In this document: positions 57,204 to 64,000 of the stretch, piece by piece
How the letters are laid out: every line of letters starts with the position of its first letter
Position numbering within the stretch: position 1 is the stretch's first letter
Assembly: GCA_017934955.1 (NCBI GenBank)
Contig: JAGBIO010000025.1
Location: 4,425-68,424, forward strand
Reading direction: 5' to 3'
DNA length: 64,000 nucleotides
Source of the DNA: Clostridia bacterium
GTDB taxonomy: Bacteria; Bacillota; Clostridia; TANB77; RGIG9151
Program-made: the position numbers and the translations under genes
Notes under the pieces: model-generated
Told to the model about the DNA's origin: nothing
Database searches by the model: none
Seen by the model: only the letters and a program-made list of their open reading frames with translations

Positions 57204-58218
57204 AAGTAAACGGATCGAAATCGATGATTTCGTTTTCTTCGGTAACAATGTGAAAGTTTGATTGTACTAAATCGATTCCAGAATCACGTAAATCCTTCAT
57301 ATTTTTATAAAATGTTGTATCCGACATTCTCGCATGAACGATTTTAGCACCATCAACCATTACTGAAATATAAAAATTATATAAAGTTCTTCCTCGACGA
57401 TTTCCAAAACGATTATTCAAACGAACCTCGACAGCATCTTTATTCCTTACAGTTCCTAAATCTGTATCAAATAATTTTAACAATTTCATAAACTCACACC
57501 TCCAAATACTCTCAAGCTCATCGTATTTTACTTGCGTCACGCGAATTATTTTTAATCCATAAAAATCAACCAACTTTTTCTTTTTGATTTCACACTCAAA
57601 ACGAACAAATCCTTGAATTCGGTTAATATAAGATACTACATCAAAATTCGTTATCTTAATTTTATTAAAATCATTTTTCTTAAACTCTAAAAGCTTATTA
57701 TAAATCTTTAACGTCGTAGATCGACCAGAAAGATAAATACTCTCATCATCGAAGAACTTTAACTTCCGTCGCGGATACTGACAGCGACTTAAATTGTTAA
57801 TATATCGACAAACTTTTTGATTTTCATGCAAATCATAACAATTAGTAATGTCGATTCGCTGAAGAAACCAATGACGAAGTTTTGGAAGTTTCACTTGATA
57901 AGCGTTTTCCACCAACCGAATCAAGCCTAAACAAACTTCCTGAACATTCCAAAAACCATCATAAGAATTTTGCCCTTTACAAATCTTATGATAAGAACCT
58001 TCTAAAATCAAAACCTTACTTTCCATTCCGAACTGTCCGCCATCGGACACCCGGACAGAAAGGGAAGAAGAAAAAGAACCTTCCAAAGATGTCGATATAA
58101 TCTCATAATACAACTCGCCAGTTTCACGGCTAAAAGACGCTTTTACATCAGAACGAGAAGAAATCAATTCCGCAACATCTCGACGAATAGCTGTAAAAAT
58201 TTTAATCGTATCAATCAC
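57187..58218 (-). CDS. rep: replication initiation protein (rolling-circle, Rep_trans/inovirus pII-like; tentative)
   Basis: GTG start with RBS AAGGGGG. 343 aa. Size, position and general similarity fit Gram-positive phage/plasmid Rep_trans initiators. Nicking motifs were not verified. Confidence 0.45.
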   Translation of the reverse strand: MIDTIKIFTAIRRDVAELISSRSDVKASFSRETGELYYEIISTSLEGSFSSSLSVRVSDGGQFGMESKVLILEGSYHKICKGQNSYDGFWNVQEVCLGLIRLVENAYQVKLPKLRHWFLQRIDITNCYDLHENQKVCRYINNLSRCQYPRRKLKFFDDESIYLSGRSTTLKIYNKLLEFKKNDFNKIKITNFDVVSYINRIQGFVRFECEIKKKKLVDFYGLKIIRVTQVKYDELESIWRCEFMKLLKLFDTDLGTVRNKDAVEVRLNNRFGNRRGRTLYNFYISVMVDGAKIVHARMSDTTFYKNMKDLRDSGIDLVQSNFHIVTEENEIIDFDPFTYEKVV

Positions 58219-58318
58219 AAAATTTCCAGCCCCCTTTTATTGCATTATGTTAAACTCACTCCCGAAAACGGGACTCTCGGGCGGTGTTACTAGGCATCGC
58301 CCTATACAAATATTATTG

Positions 58319-58504
58319 TTAACTAAAAATCGGAGAATTTTTTCCAATTTTTTGCTTCTGAATATATGCTCTTTTAAATTGCTGATCATAATTTAAAAGA
58401 AATTTTATAAATTCTGCGTTATCCCGATTTACGCAACTTACTATATATTCATTAGCATCGTTATAGATCGACCAATATGGCGATATATTCTTAACTTTAT
58501 ACAT
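58319..58504 (-). CDS. hypothetical protein (61 aa)
   Basis: ORF only. It is flanked by GC-rich hairpin-rich intergenic regions. Confidence 0.3.
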   Translation of the reverse strand: MYKVKNISPYWSIYNDANEYIVSCVNRDNAEFIKFLLNYDQQFKRAYIQKQKIGKNSPIFS

Positions 58505-58715
58505 TTAGACACCTCGCAATTTTTTCAAATTTGCTCAAAAACCTTGGGGCAAGCCCCAAACCCTCTAACGCTTCGCGTTGGGACATACGTTTTAAAAAAC
58601 GTATGTTAATTTATTTTAGTGTCTAAAGGCTAACGTAGTACCTGTTACAGGTAGAGAAGAAAGGGATTGCCTTGCACGCTTACGCGTGCCCAGCCAATCC
58701 TCAATCTTTTTTTAA

Positions 58716-59024
58716 CTACACTAACTCAATAGTATCTAAATCATAGAAAGTTACTTTTACTTTCTTTTCCTCTAAATAAACAGTCCGAGTCTTTAGAGAT
58801 AAGCTTACACTTTTACCTTTATATTGCTCTAACTCCTTTAATCTTTCTGGGGCAAATCCAACTAGATAATTCGTCGTTGTCGCATTATAAGCACTTTCAT
58901 CTATAATCATCTCTCTAACAAGCATACGTCCTTGTTGTCTATTATTACCTTTCTTATCCTGATAAGTCGTAACCTCTACACTATCTACTAAGCAATTATC
59001 AATAATTGAATACATAAAAAACAC
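58716..59024 (-). CDS. hypothetical protein (102 aa); position compatible with an ssDNA-binding or assembly protein
   Basis: ORF directly downstream of the Zot-like gene. No motif was recognised. Confidence 0.35.
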   Translation of the reverse strand: MFFMYSIIDNCLVDSVEVTTYQDKKGNNRQQGRMLVREMIIDESAYNATTTNYLVGFAPERLKELEQYKGKSVSLSLKTRTVYLEEKKVKVTFYDLDTIELV

Positions 59025-59038
59025 TCCTTTAAAATAAA

Positions 59039-59584
59039 TTAATTTTTAAACATACTCTTAAAATCTACATCACAATCAACAAAATCCGGCACTTGCTGAG
59101 TAGCATAATTTGCAAAATCATAAATTTTCTGATTTTTTTCCATTTTAAATACTCGCGACCTCTGTCGCTGAACATCAACCATTTTATAAGTAATTCGCGT
59201 CTCATCGCCTTTACTTATAAAAAAATAATTTTGTTGATTTCTTATTCGCTTTTCCACCATATCCGGGGAAATAGCAGTAAACAAAAACAATACGTTTTGT
59301 TTTCCCAACGTATTAAAAAATATAGAAGATTCGCTATTATTTTTCCACAAACGCGAATCCATGAAGTAATATACTTCATCTAACAATAATATTTTTGGCT
59401 CATAGTCAAAAGGAACCTCACTTAAACTTTTAATATGTATAAAATCCTCTACATTCATATTGGTGTAGACCTGCACACCATATTGTTCATGTAAAGTTCT
59501 TGCTATAATTACAGAAAGTAAGGTTTTTCCTGACCTTTGATAACCATAAAATCCAACAATTAAACCAGCCATATTACTCTTCAA
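59039..59584 (-). CDS. zot: Zot-like P-loop ATPase (inovirus pI assembly protein N-domain family)
   Basis: Walker A GFYGYQRSGKT at the N-terminus. Walker B ILLLDEVYYF. Size fits the Zot N-domain. Confidence 0.6.
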   Translation of the reverse strand: MKSNMAGLIVGFYGYQRSGKTLLSVIIARTLHEQYGVQVYTNMNVEDFIHIKSLSEVPFDYEPKILLLDEVYYFMDSRLWKNNSESSIFFNTLGKQNVLFLFTAISPDMVEKRIRNQQNYFFISKGDETRITYKMVDVQRQRSRVFKMEKNQKIYDFANYATQQVPDFVDCDVDFKSMFKN

Positions 59585-59691
59585 GTCCTATCTCTGCTTT
59601 AATTCTATTTACGTCTTTTGATAATTTCAAAAGATTAAAATTTAAAAATATCTGTGAAATTATCACTAATAGAAGCGTAAATTCTAACATA

Positions 59692-60069
59692 TTAAACACC
59701 ACTTCCTTGATTAATTTGACTATTCACCTTTACACCACGAATCAAATCATCTTGAGTATAAGCTTTCAAGAGATTTTTCATATTCATCGTTGAAAGAAAA
59801 TTAAGATCTTTATTTTCTTTTACCGATAACATATAAGAATCAAGAAAATCATTTAAAGACTTAAGACACCATTTCCCAGAATAGTATCTTAACGTATTTA
59901 ATACCTTGATTCTATCAGGGGAGAGGGAAGGTTTAATATTATAAATATCCTTTATTGCAGAACCTTCTCCACTTCCTACAAAACTACTAAAAACTTGATC
60001 GTAATCTATCATGGAGTACCACCTCCAGAAGCGATTCCGATAAAGCTTAACAAAACGTTTAAAATACAC
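59692..60069 (-). CDS. hypothetical protein (125 aa)
   Basis: ORF overlapping the downstream 94-aa ORF in a different frame. Confidence 0.35.
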   Translation of the reverse strand: MYFKRFVKLYRNRFWRWYSMIDYDQVFSSFVGSGEGSAIKDIYNIKPSLSPDRIKVLNTLRYYSGKWCLKSLNDFLDSYMLSVKENKDLNFLSTMNMKNLLKAYTQDDLIRGVKVNSQINQGSGV

Positions 60070-60293
60070 AGAATTAAAACTGTGTTATCTTTTTTATATA
60101 AGTTTCGAATCGGTATAGCAGCCATTGCCTTCATATCCCGAATGAAATCTAAATCAGTGTCGTTTAGATTCACAATAAAATCTGTCCCGACACTTTTAAA
60201 ATCTGTTAATTCCATTTTGGAATTTAATTTTTTGTTAATTCCTCGTAGTGTATTTGAAGTCACTACTCGTTGCGGTGTAATCACAACAAACAT
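60009..60293 (-). CDS. hypothetical protein with C-terminal hydrophobic segment (minor-coat-like)
   Basis: Its start codon abuts the stop of the 30-aa peptide at 60294. Confidence 0.35.
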   Translation of the reverse strand: MFVVITPQRVVTSNTLRGINKKLNSKMELTDFKSVGTDFIVNLNDTDLDFIRDMKAMAAIPIRNLYKKDNTVLILCILNVLLSFIGIASGGGTP

Positions 60294-60386
60294 TTAAAAA
60301 CCTCCTATATTTTGTATATTCGACAAACTATCTAATATACAACAAAAAATATAAAATCCTAAAATTGTACCTACAATTAAACTCAT
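60294..60386 (-). CDS. 30-aa hydrophobic peptide (inovirus pVII/pIX-like small coat candidate)
   Basis: MSLIVGTILGFYIFCCILDSLSNIQNIGGF. The ATG lies 3 nt after the stop of the preceding peptide. Not in the ORF track because it is under 60 aa. Confidence 0.4.
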   Translation of the reverse strand: MSLIVGTILGFYIFCCILDSLSNIQNIGGF

Positions 60387-60389
60387 AAA

Positions 60390-60515
60390 TTACACCTTCT
60401 TATTAAATAAACGAGAAGCATAATTTAATAACTTATCCAGAACGTACAAAACTGAATACGTTCCAAACAACGCTATTAACATAGCTACTACGTTTTCACA
60501 AACTTGTTCTTCCAT
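60390..60515 (-). CDS. 41-aa peptide with hydrophobic core and basic C-terminus (small coat candidate)
   Basis: MEEQVCENVVAMLIALFGTYSVLYVLDKLLNYASRLFNKKV. Strong RBS AGGAGGTAG overlaps the upstream peptide stop. Confidence 0.45.
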   Translation of the reverse strand: MEEQVCENVVAMLIALFGTYSVLYVLDKLLNYASRLFNKKV

Positions 60516-60519
60516 AAGG

Positions 60520-60603
60520 CTACCTCCTTATGTGCATCAATATCGTGATTACTTGTAATCCGATAATAATATATAACTGAGCTACCATTTCAGTCATTTT
60601 CAT
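60520..60603 (-). CDS. 27-aa hydrophobic peptide (small coat candidate)
   Basis: MKMTEMVAQLYIIIGLQVITILMHIRR. RBS AAAGGAGAATG. Confidence 0.4.
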   Translation of the reverse strand: MKMTEMVAQLYIIIGLQVITILMHIRR

Positions 60604-60651
60604 TCTCCTTTACAAATAATAAAGAAGGGATTCCGGACTCCCTTTTTATTA

Positions 60652-60924
60652 TTAGCCTGCAAATGCACTTCTAAAGGATCTAATGATTAGGAATCCTAAT
60701 CCAAGACCCATTGTTACATACACAACCGGCATCATCGCAGAGATGATCGTTTGTGCCCACGTGAACATCTGAGTCACGTCGAAATTGATTTCCAATTGCG
60801 GTGTTGAAGCTGTTTCACTACAATAACCAGCAACAGGCGCTAAAGCTAAAGCACCGGCAGTCAATGCTCCCATTAACTTAGCCTTTTTAGCTTTACAAAA
60901 ATCCACAATTTTTCCCATGGTCAA
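60652..60924 (-). CDS. major-coat-protein-like (pVIII-like) precursor
   Basis: Signal peptide LMGALTAGALALAPVAGYC. The mature ~54-aa part has an acidic N-terminus (SETASTPQLE), a hydrophobic helix and a basic C-terminus (RSFRSAFAG). Confidence 0.55.
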   Translation of the reverse strand: MTMGKIVDFCKAKKAKLMGALTAGALALAPVAGYCSETASTPQLEINFDVTQMFTWAQTIISAMMPVVYVTMGLGLGFLIIRSFRSAFAG

Positions 60925-60982
60925 TTCTCCTTTCCTCGCATACGCGAAATATATTTATATAAAAAGCCATAAGCTTTTCATA

Positions 60983-61285
60983 TCATGGTAATTTAAGATC
61001 CAATGGCGTAAATGCATCAATAAAATAATTTGCAAATTTCTTTAACATTCGAAAAATATAAAAAGAAACAGTTAAACTAATAATTCCAAAGGTAACCGTA
61101 TAAATAACATCTCCGGTTAAATATCTTATAGAACCAAAGAATTGATACAATTGATTAGAACTATCAAAAGTAATTGAATTTATTTTGGTATCTAAATTTG
61201 AAATAGTATCATAACTATTTTTTAAGGATGGTATTGCATCCCACACTATTTTTTTTAATCCATCAAAATTAGCAGTGTTACTCAT
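60983..61285 (-). CDS. hypothetical membrane protein (pVI-like minor coat candidate)
   Basis: 100 aa with one central TM helix (TFGIISLTVSFYIF). Lies just downstream of the large adsorption-like gene. Confidence 0.4.
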   Translation of the reverse strand: MSNTANFDGLKKIVWDAIPSLKNSYDTISNLDTKINSITFDSSNQLYQFFGSIRYLTGDVIYTVTFGIISLTVSFYIFRMLKKFANYFIDAFTPLDLKLP

Positions 61286-61296
61286 ACAAAACCTCC

Positions 61297-62985
61297 TTAA
61301 AAATATTGATTATAATGACGCCTAATAATTTTTACAAAACAAATAATTTCTAATGAAGATGCAAAACATTCAAACAATAACCAAAAATTCAAATTATTCC
61401 ATGAAAGACTTTTTAAGAAGTTAAGACCTTCTATAAAATTAGTTCCCCAAGCAACTCCATCAACTGCAACATTAAACAACGTTACATCCGCTGGGATTGC
61501 TACTAAAGTTAATAAAAAACCAGCAAATCGAACCAATAAAAAAATCGAAGAAAATAATACAGAAAAGGCTTTAATAACGATTCCAAAAATAAAAGTACCT
61601 ACATTTTCTCCATAAGATGCAAAAGCTGCATCCGCCAATTCTGTTAATTTATCTACAGTAAAACCAAAAGCTGCAACTATCATTGATCCTAAATCATTAA
61701 ATAATTCTTTTAATGATTGAATCACAGGATTATCTTCAACAGGTACATCCTCAAAAACATAATTTTCACCTGTTTCAGAATTCACTAAATCAGAAAAATT
61801 ATAATCTGTTAATTCACTATAATTATCAACCGTTTCACCATCTTCATCGATTTTTTCACCTATTAGTGTTTTAAAGGGAATCTTAAAAGATGAATAAATT
61901 ATAGGTGTAGTCATTGGAATTCGATATTGTCCATAATCACTTAAATGCATTTCACCAGTATAATTGAAATTAACACCATCGGAAGAATCATAAATTTTAA
62001 AACTCTGCCTCCATTTATTCCATGGTAGTTGAAATCCAAAATTATCATCATCATATTTAATAGAATAAGTATCATGATCCATTGCGGAATACTTTGATGA
62101 AGAAACATTAGCAGGTATATAAATACCACTTAAAAATTTATATTGAATCAAATTATAAGGAACAATCATAACAGCATAATGTCCATTTAATTCATTACGC
62201 TGAATAAAAAAACCTGTATAATTTGAATTACGATTTTTCCAATAACTTGAATTTGTAAAATTCTGTACTACAGATGCAATTTCATCATCTGTAAGTTCTG
62301 TAGAAAATTCAGGCCCTCCAGGAACTTCCGGTTCTTCTGATTCAACAGGAACTAAAGATATAGGAGGAATATACCAGTATTCACCTTGCCATGAATAATC
62401 ATTAGAACCTGTATAAACTAATTTTTTTACAGGTAAATTAATAAAATTACAAGTTCCATCCATTAGCATATTACTAAAATTTCTAGGATAACAACTATTT
62501 GCTGTTATGTCATAATAACAATAATTAGTACCATTATAGTATGCATACCATCCACCTGAATCAATTCCCATATAACCTTGACTCAAATTAATTGTTTCAC
62601 CATCAGAACATGTTTTAATACCTAAATCAGTAAACAATCCAATAGTAAAATAACCAGGATTATTAGAATTATTCTGATTCCAAAAGAAATACCCATTATC
62701 AGTTAAGTTTTGAATCATTGCATTATAATCATCAGAAACAGAACTTGATTCATAACCATTTTTATTATAATTGTAAACCAAGCTTTTAATTTGGCCAAGA
62801 GTATAATTTCCATATTGTGTAGAAGAAGATAATGTTTTAAAATTAGCCTCTTCATAACCAGGTAAAACAGTTTCATAAAGAGCAAATTCATAAGCATTAC
62901 TTACGGAAATAAATAAGGTGAAAACAAATAAAGAGACTATAAAGCTACGGAATAGTTTCTTTTTCATTGTTTCCACCTCCAACAC
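61297..62985 (-). CDS. large secreted Asn/Tyr/Ser/Gly-rich protein with C-terminal membrane anchor (pIII-like adsorption protein candidate)
   Basis: Signal peptide MKKKLFRSFIVSLFVFTLFISVSNA. C-terminal hydrophobic segments. RBS GGAGGTGGAAACA. Confidence 0.5.
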   Translation of the reverse strand: MLEVETMKKKLFRSFIVSLFVFTLFISVSNAYEFALYETVLPGYEEANFKTLSSSTQYGNYTLGQIKSLVYNYNKNGYESSSVSDDYNAMIQNLTDNGYFFWNQNNSNNPGYFTIGLFTDLGIKTCSDGETINLSQGYMGIDSGGWYAYYNGTNYCYYDITANSCYPRNFSNMLMDGTCNFINLPVKKLVYTGSNDYSWQGEYWYIPPISLVPVESEEPEVPGGPEFSTELTDDEIASVVQNFTNSSYWKNRNSNYTGFFIQRNELNGHYAVMIVPYNLIQYKFLSGIYIPANVSSSKYSAMDHDTYSIKYDDDNFGFQLPWNKWRQSFKIYDSSDGVNFNYTGEMHLSDYGQYRIPMTTPIIYSSFKIPFKTLIGEKIDEDGETVDNYSELTDYNFSDLVNSETGENYVFEDVPVEDNPVIQSLKELFNDLGSMIVAAFGFTVDKLTELADAAFASYGENVGTFIFGIVIKAFSVLFSSIFLLVRFAGFLLTLVAIPADVTLFNVAVDGVAWGTNFIEGLNFLKSLSWNNLNFWLLFECFASSLEIICFVKIIRRHYNQYF

Positions 62986-63060
62986 AAAAGATAAGTGATC
63001 TATTCGTAGAAGATTTTCTACTACACTAATACTTTAATAACTTTTTAAGTATATGTCAAT

Positions 63061-63089
63061 AAATTTTAGTAAAAAAATTACTAAAATTT
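63061..63089. promoter_or_regulatory. Candidate operator: perfect 12-bp inverted repeat AAATTTTAGTAA-N5-TTACTAAAATTT in the divergent promoter region
   Basis: The palindrome sits 16 nt upstream of the XRE repressor ATG, between divergent gene blocks. Confidence 0.5.
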
Positions 63090-63095
63090 ATTTGG

Positions 63096-63401
63096 GTGAT
63101 AATAATGAACAGAATAAAAGATCTAAGACAAGACAAAGATTTAAAACAAGTAGAACTCGCAGAAAAAATCAAAGTAACACAGAAAAATATAAGCGATTAC
63201 GAAACAGAAAAATCTGAACCAACCCAAGAAACTTGGATCAAACTTGCAGATTTTTTCAAAGTCCCATTAGATTATCTAATGGGGAGAACACAAAACCAAT
63301 CCACTCAAAACTTCTTAAAAGATTTAACAGATGAAGAAATTCAAGAAATTATAACTTTTAAGAACTATCTAAAATACAAAAGAACTAAAAAGGGGGAATA
63401 A
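63096..63401 (+). CDS. XRE-family helix-turn-helix transcriptional regulator (phage repressor-like)
   Basis: LKQVELAEKIKVTQKNISDYETEKSEPTQETWIKLADFFKVPLDYLMG is a canonical XRE HTH. Confidence 0.8.
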   Translation: MIIMNRIKDLRQDKDLKQVELAEKIKVTQKNISDYETEKSEPTQETWIKLADFFKVPLDYLMGRTQNQSTQNFLKDLTDEEIQEIITFKNYLKYKRTKKGE

Positions 63402-63404
63402 CAT

Positions 63405-63692
63405 ATGTCCAATATTCAACAATCAAATGCATTTTTAGTATTAGAAATTTTAATACTTATTGCAATAATATGGATAATTTTTATAAATATAATATTGCCT
63501 ATAAAAATTTACAATACTTGTAAAAAAATTGATGAATATTTACCTAAATTAAATCAAAAACTTTATCAAACAACTAATAAACCTCCAAAACGTTATAAAC
63601 TTAAAACAACCAAAAAAGCAATTCCAAAATCTTCAATAGATGAAAGAATTGACATTCTTAAAACAATCTATAATAACACCGAAAACTATTAA
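63405..63692 (+). CDS. small membrane protein (1 TM helix)
   Basis: RBS AAAAGGGGGAATAACAT. A hydrophobic N-terminal helix and a lysine-rich C-terminus. A terminator hairpin lies downstream at 63690-63720. Confidence 0.45.
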   Translation: MSNIQQSNAFLVLEILILIAIIWIIFINIILPIKIYNTCKKIDEYLPKLNQKLYQTTNKPPKRYKLKTTKKAIPKSSIDERIDILKTIYNNTENY

Positions 63693-64000
63693 AAGAAGTC
63701 TAAAAACTTCTTTTTTTCATACTTTTTTTATTTACTTCTTCTACATAATTTTTATATCATGCGAAAATCTTCATTTATAAATCCGAACGCTTTTTACATC
63801 AATAAATAACTTTTTTCATTTTAAACTCCTCCAATGTAACATTATACCTAAAAGTAAAAAGAATAAAAGAGACTTTCCTTCGGACTCTGCTCTTTAATTA
63901 TTTTTACTTTTAAATGTTTACATTTCAAGGAGGCGGTCAAAATGAGAAAAAATTATTTTTTAATTGATGTAATTACAAAAGCTAAATGCTTCGGATTTAC

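Larger units (their letters stand above)
55302..64000 (-). mobile_element. Integrated element adjacent to tRNA-Lys: inovirus-like (filamentous) prophage with integrase, rolling-circle Rep, Zot-like ATPase, small coat-like peptides, a large adsorption-like protein and an XRE repressor. The right end was not reached.
   Basis: GC drops sharply and the host REP/MITE family is absent beyond 55300. The gene content and order are described in the findings. Confidence 0.65.

Noticed and set aside
63693-64000. Right attachment site (direct repeat of the tRNA-Lys 3' end) for the prophage
   Set aside because: No copy of the tRNA 3' segment (GGTTCGAGCCCGTGATGCTGCACCA or shorter) was found between the repressor module and the window end. 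The element presumably continues beyond 64000.

Overview
This window is a low-GC Firmicutes (Clostridia-like) chromosomal segment. The read below is from the sequence alone; no searches were run.

Content, 5' to 3':
- **Housekeeping backbone.** rimP-nusA-ylxR-ylxQ(L7Ae)-infB-rbfA-nrnA, a short alaS, leuS, ylxM-ffh, nth, ruvC, glmM, the glmS ribozyme with glmS, pgeF, ogg and mutY.
- **Partial Wadjet system at the 5' end.** The C-terminal third of an SMC-like JetC runs off the window start and is followed by a Toprim-type JetD.
- **Scattered accessory genes.** A bacterial hexokinase, an LD-carboxypeptidase, a UppS-like cis-prenyltransferase paired with a GT-C membrane glycosyltransferase, a glycogen-debranching enzyme, and four WG-repeat paralogs.
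- **Redox island (45.6-54.9 kb).** Rubrerythrin, a flavin-reductase/rubredoxin fusion, a membrane-anchored thioredoxin with an atypical C-T-W-C motif, CcdA, a DUF3298 secreted protein and two tandem FAD-oxidoreductase paralogs.
- **Integrated element at the 3' end.** A tRNA-Lys(CUU) is followed by a very AT-rich element that runs to the window end. Its gene content matches a Gram-positive filamentous (inovirus-like) prophage.

The most striking sequence-level feature is a dense family of palindromic REP/MITE-like elements, with at least 20 loci in the first 55 kb. They are built from two related hairpins (GGACACAAT..ATTGTGTCC and GGACAGCAT..ATGCTGTCC) plus a GGGACGTCGAGGACGCCGTCCC palindrome, and are often bounded by GTTACAGGTCAGACTTAAATT-type inverted repeats. 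Two copies carry a homologous 92-nt structured insert inside a hairpin loop. A separate 150-bp MITE with perfect 18-bp terminal repeats and a 6-7-bp target duplication sits inside another palindrome. This repeat family is absent from the prophage.

Other noncoding oddities: a 1.14-kb tandem segmental duplication carrying a diverging pair of unknown genes; a 47-bp x5 CRISPR-looking tandem array that is not CRISPR; and an 850-bp noncoding block with GC-rich hairpins and 177-bp tandem repeats carrying anti-SD-like motifs.
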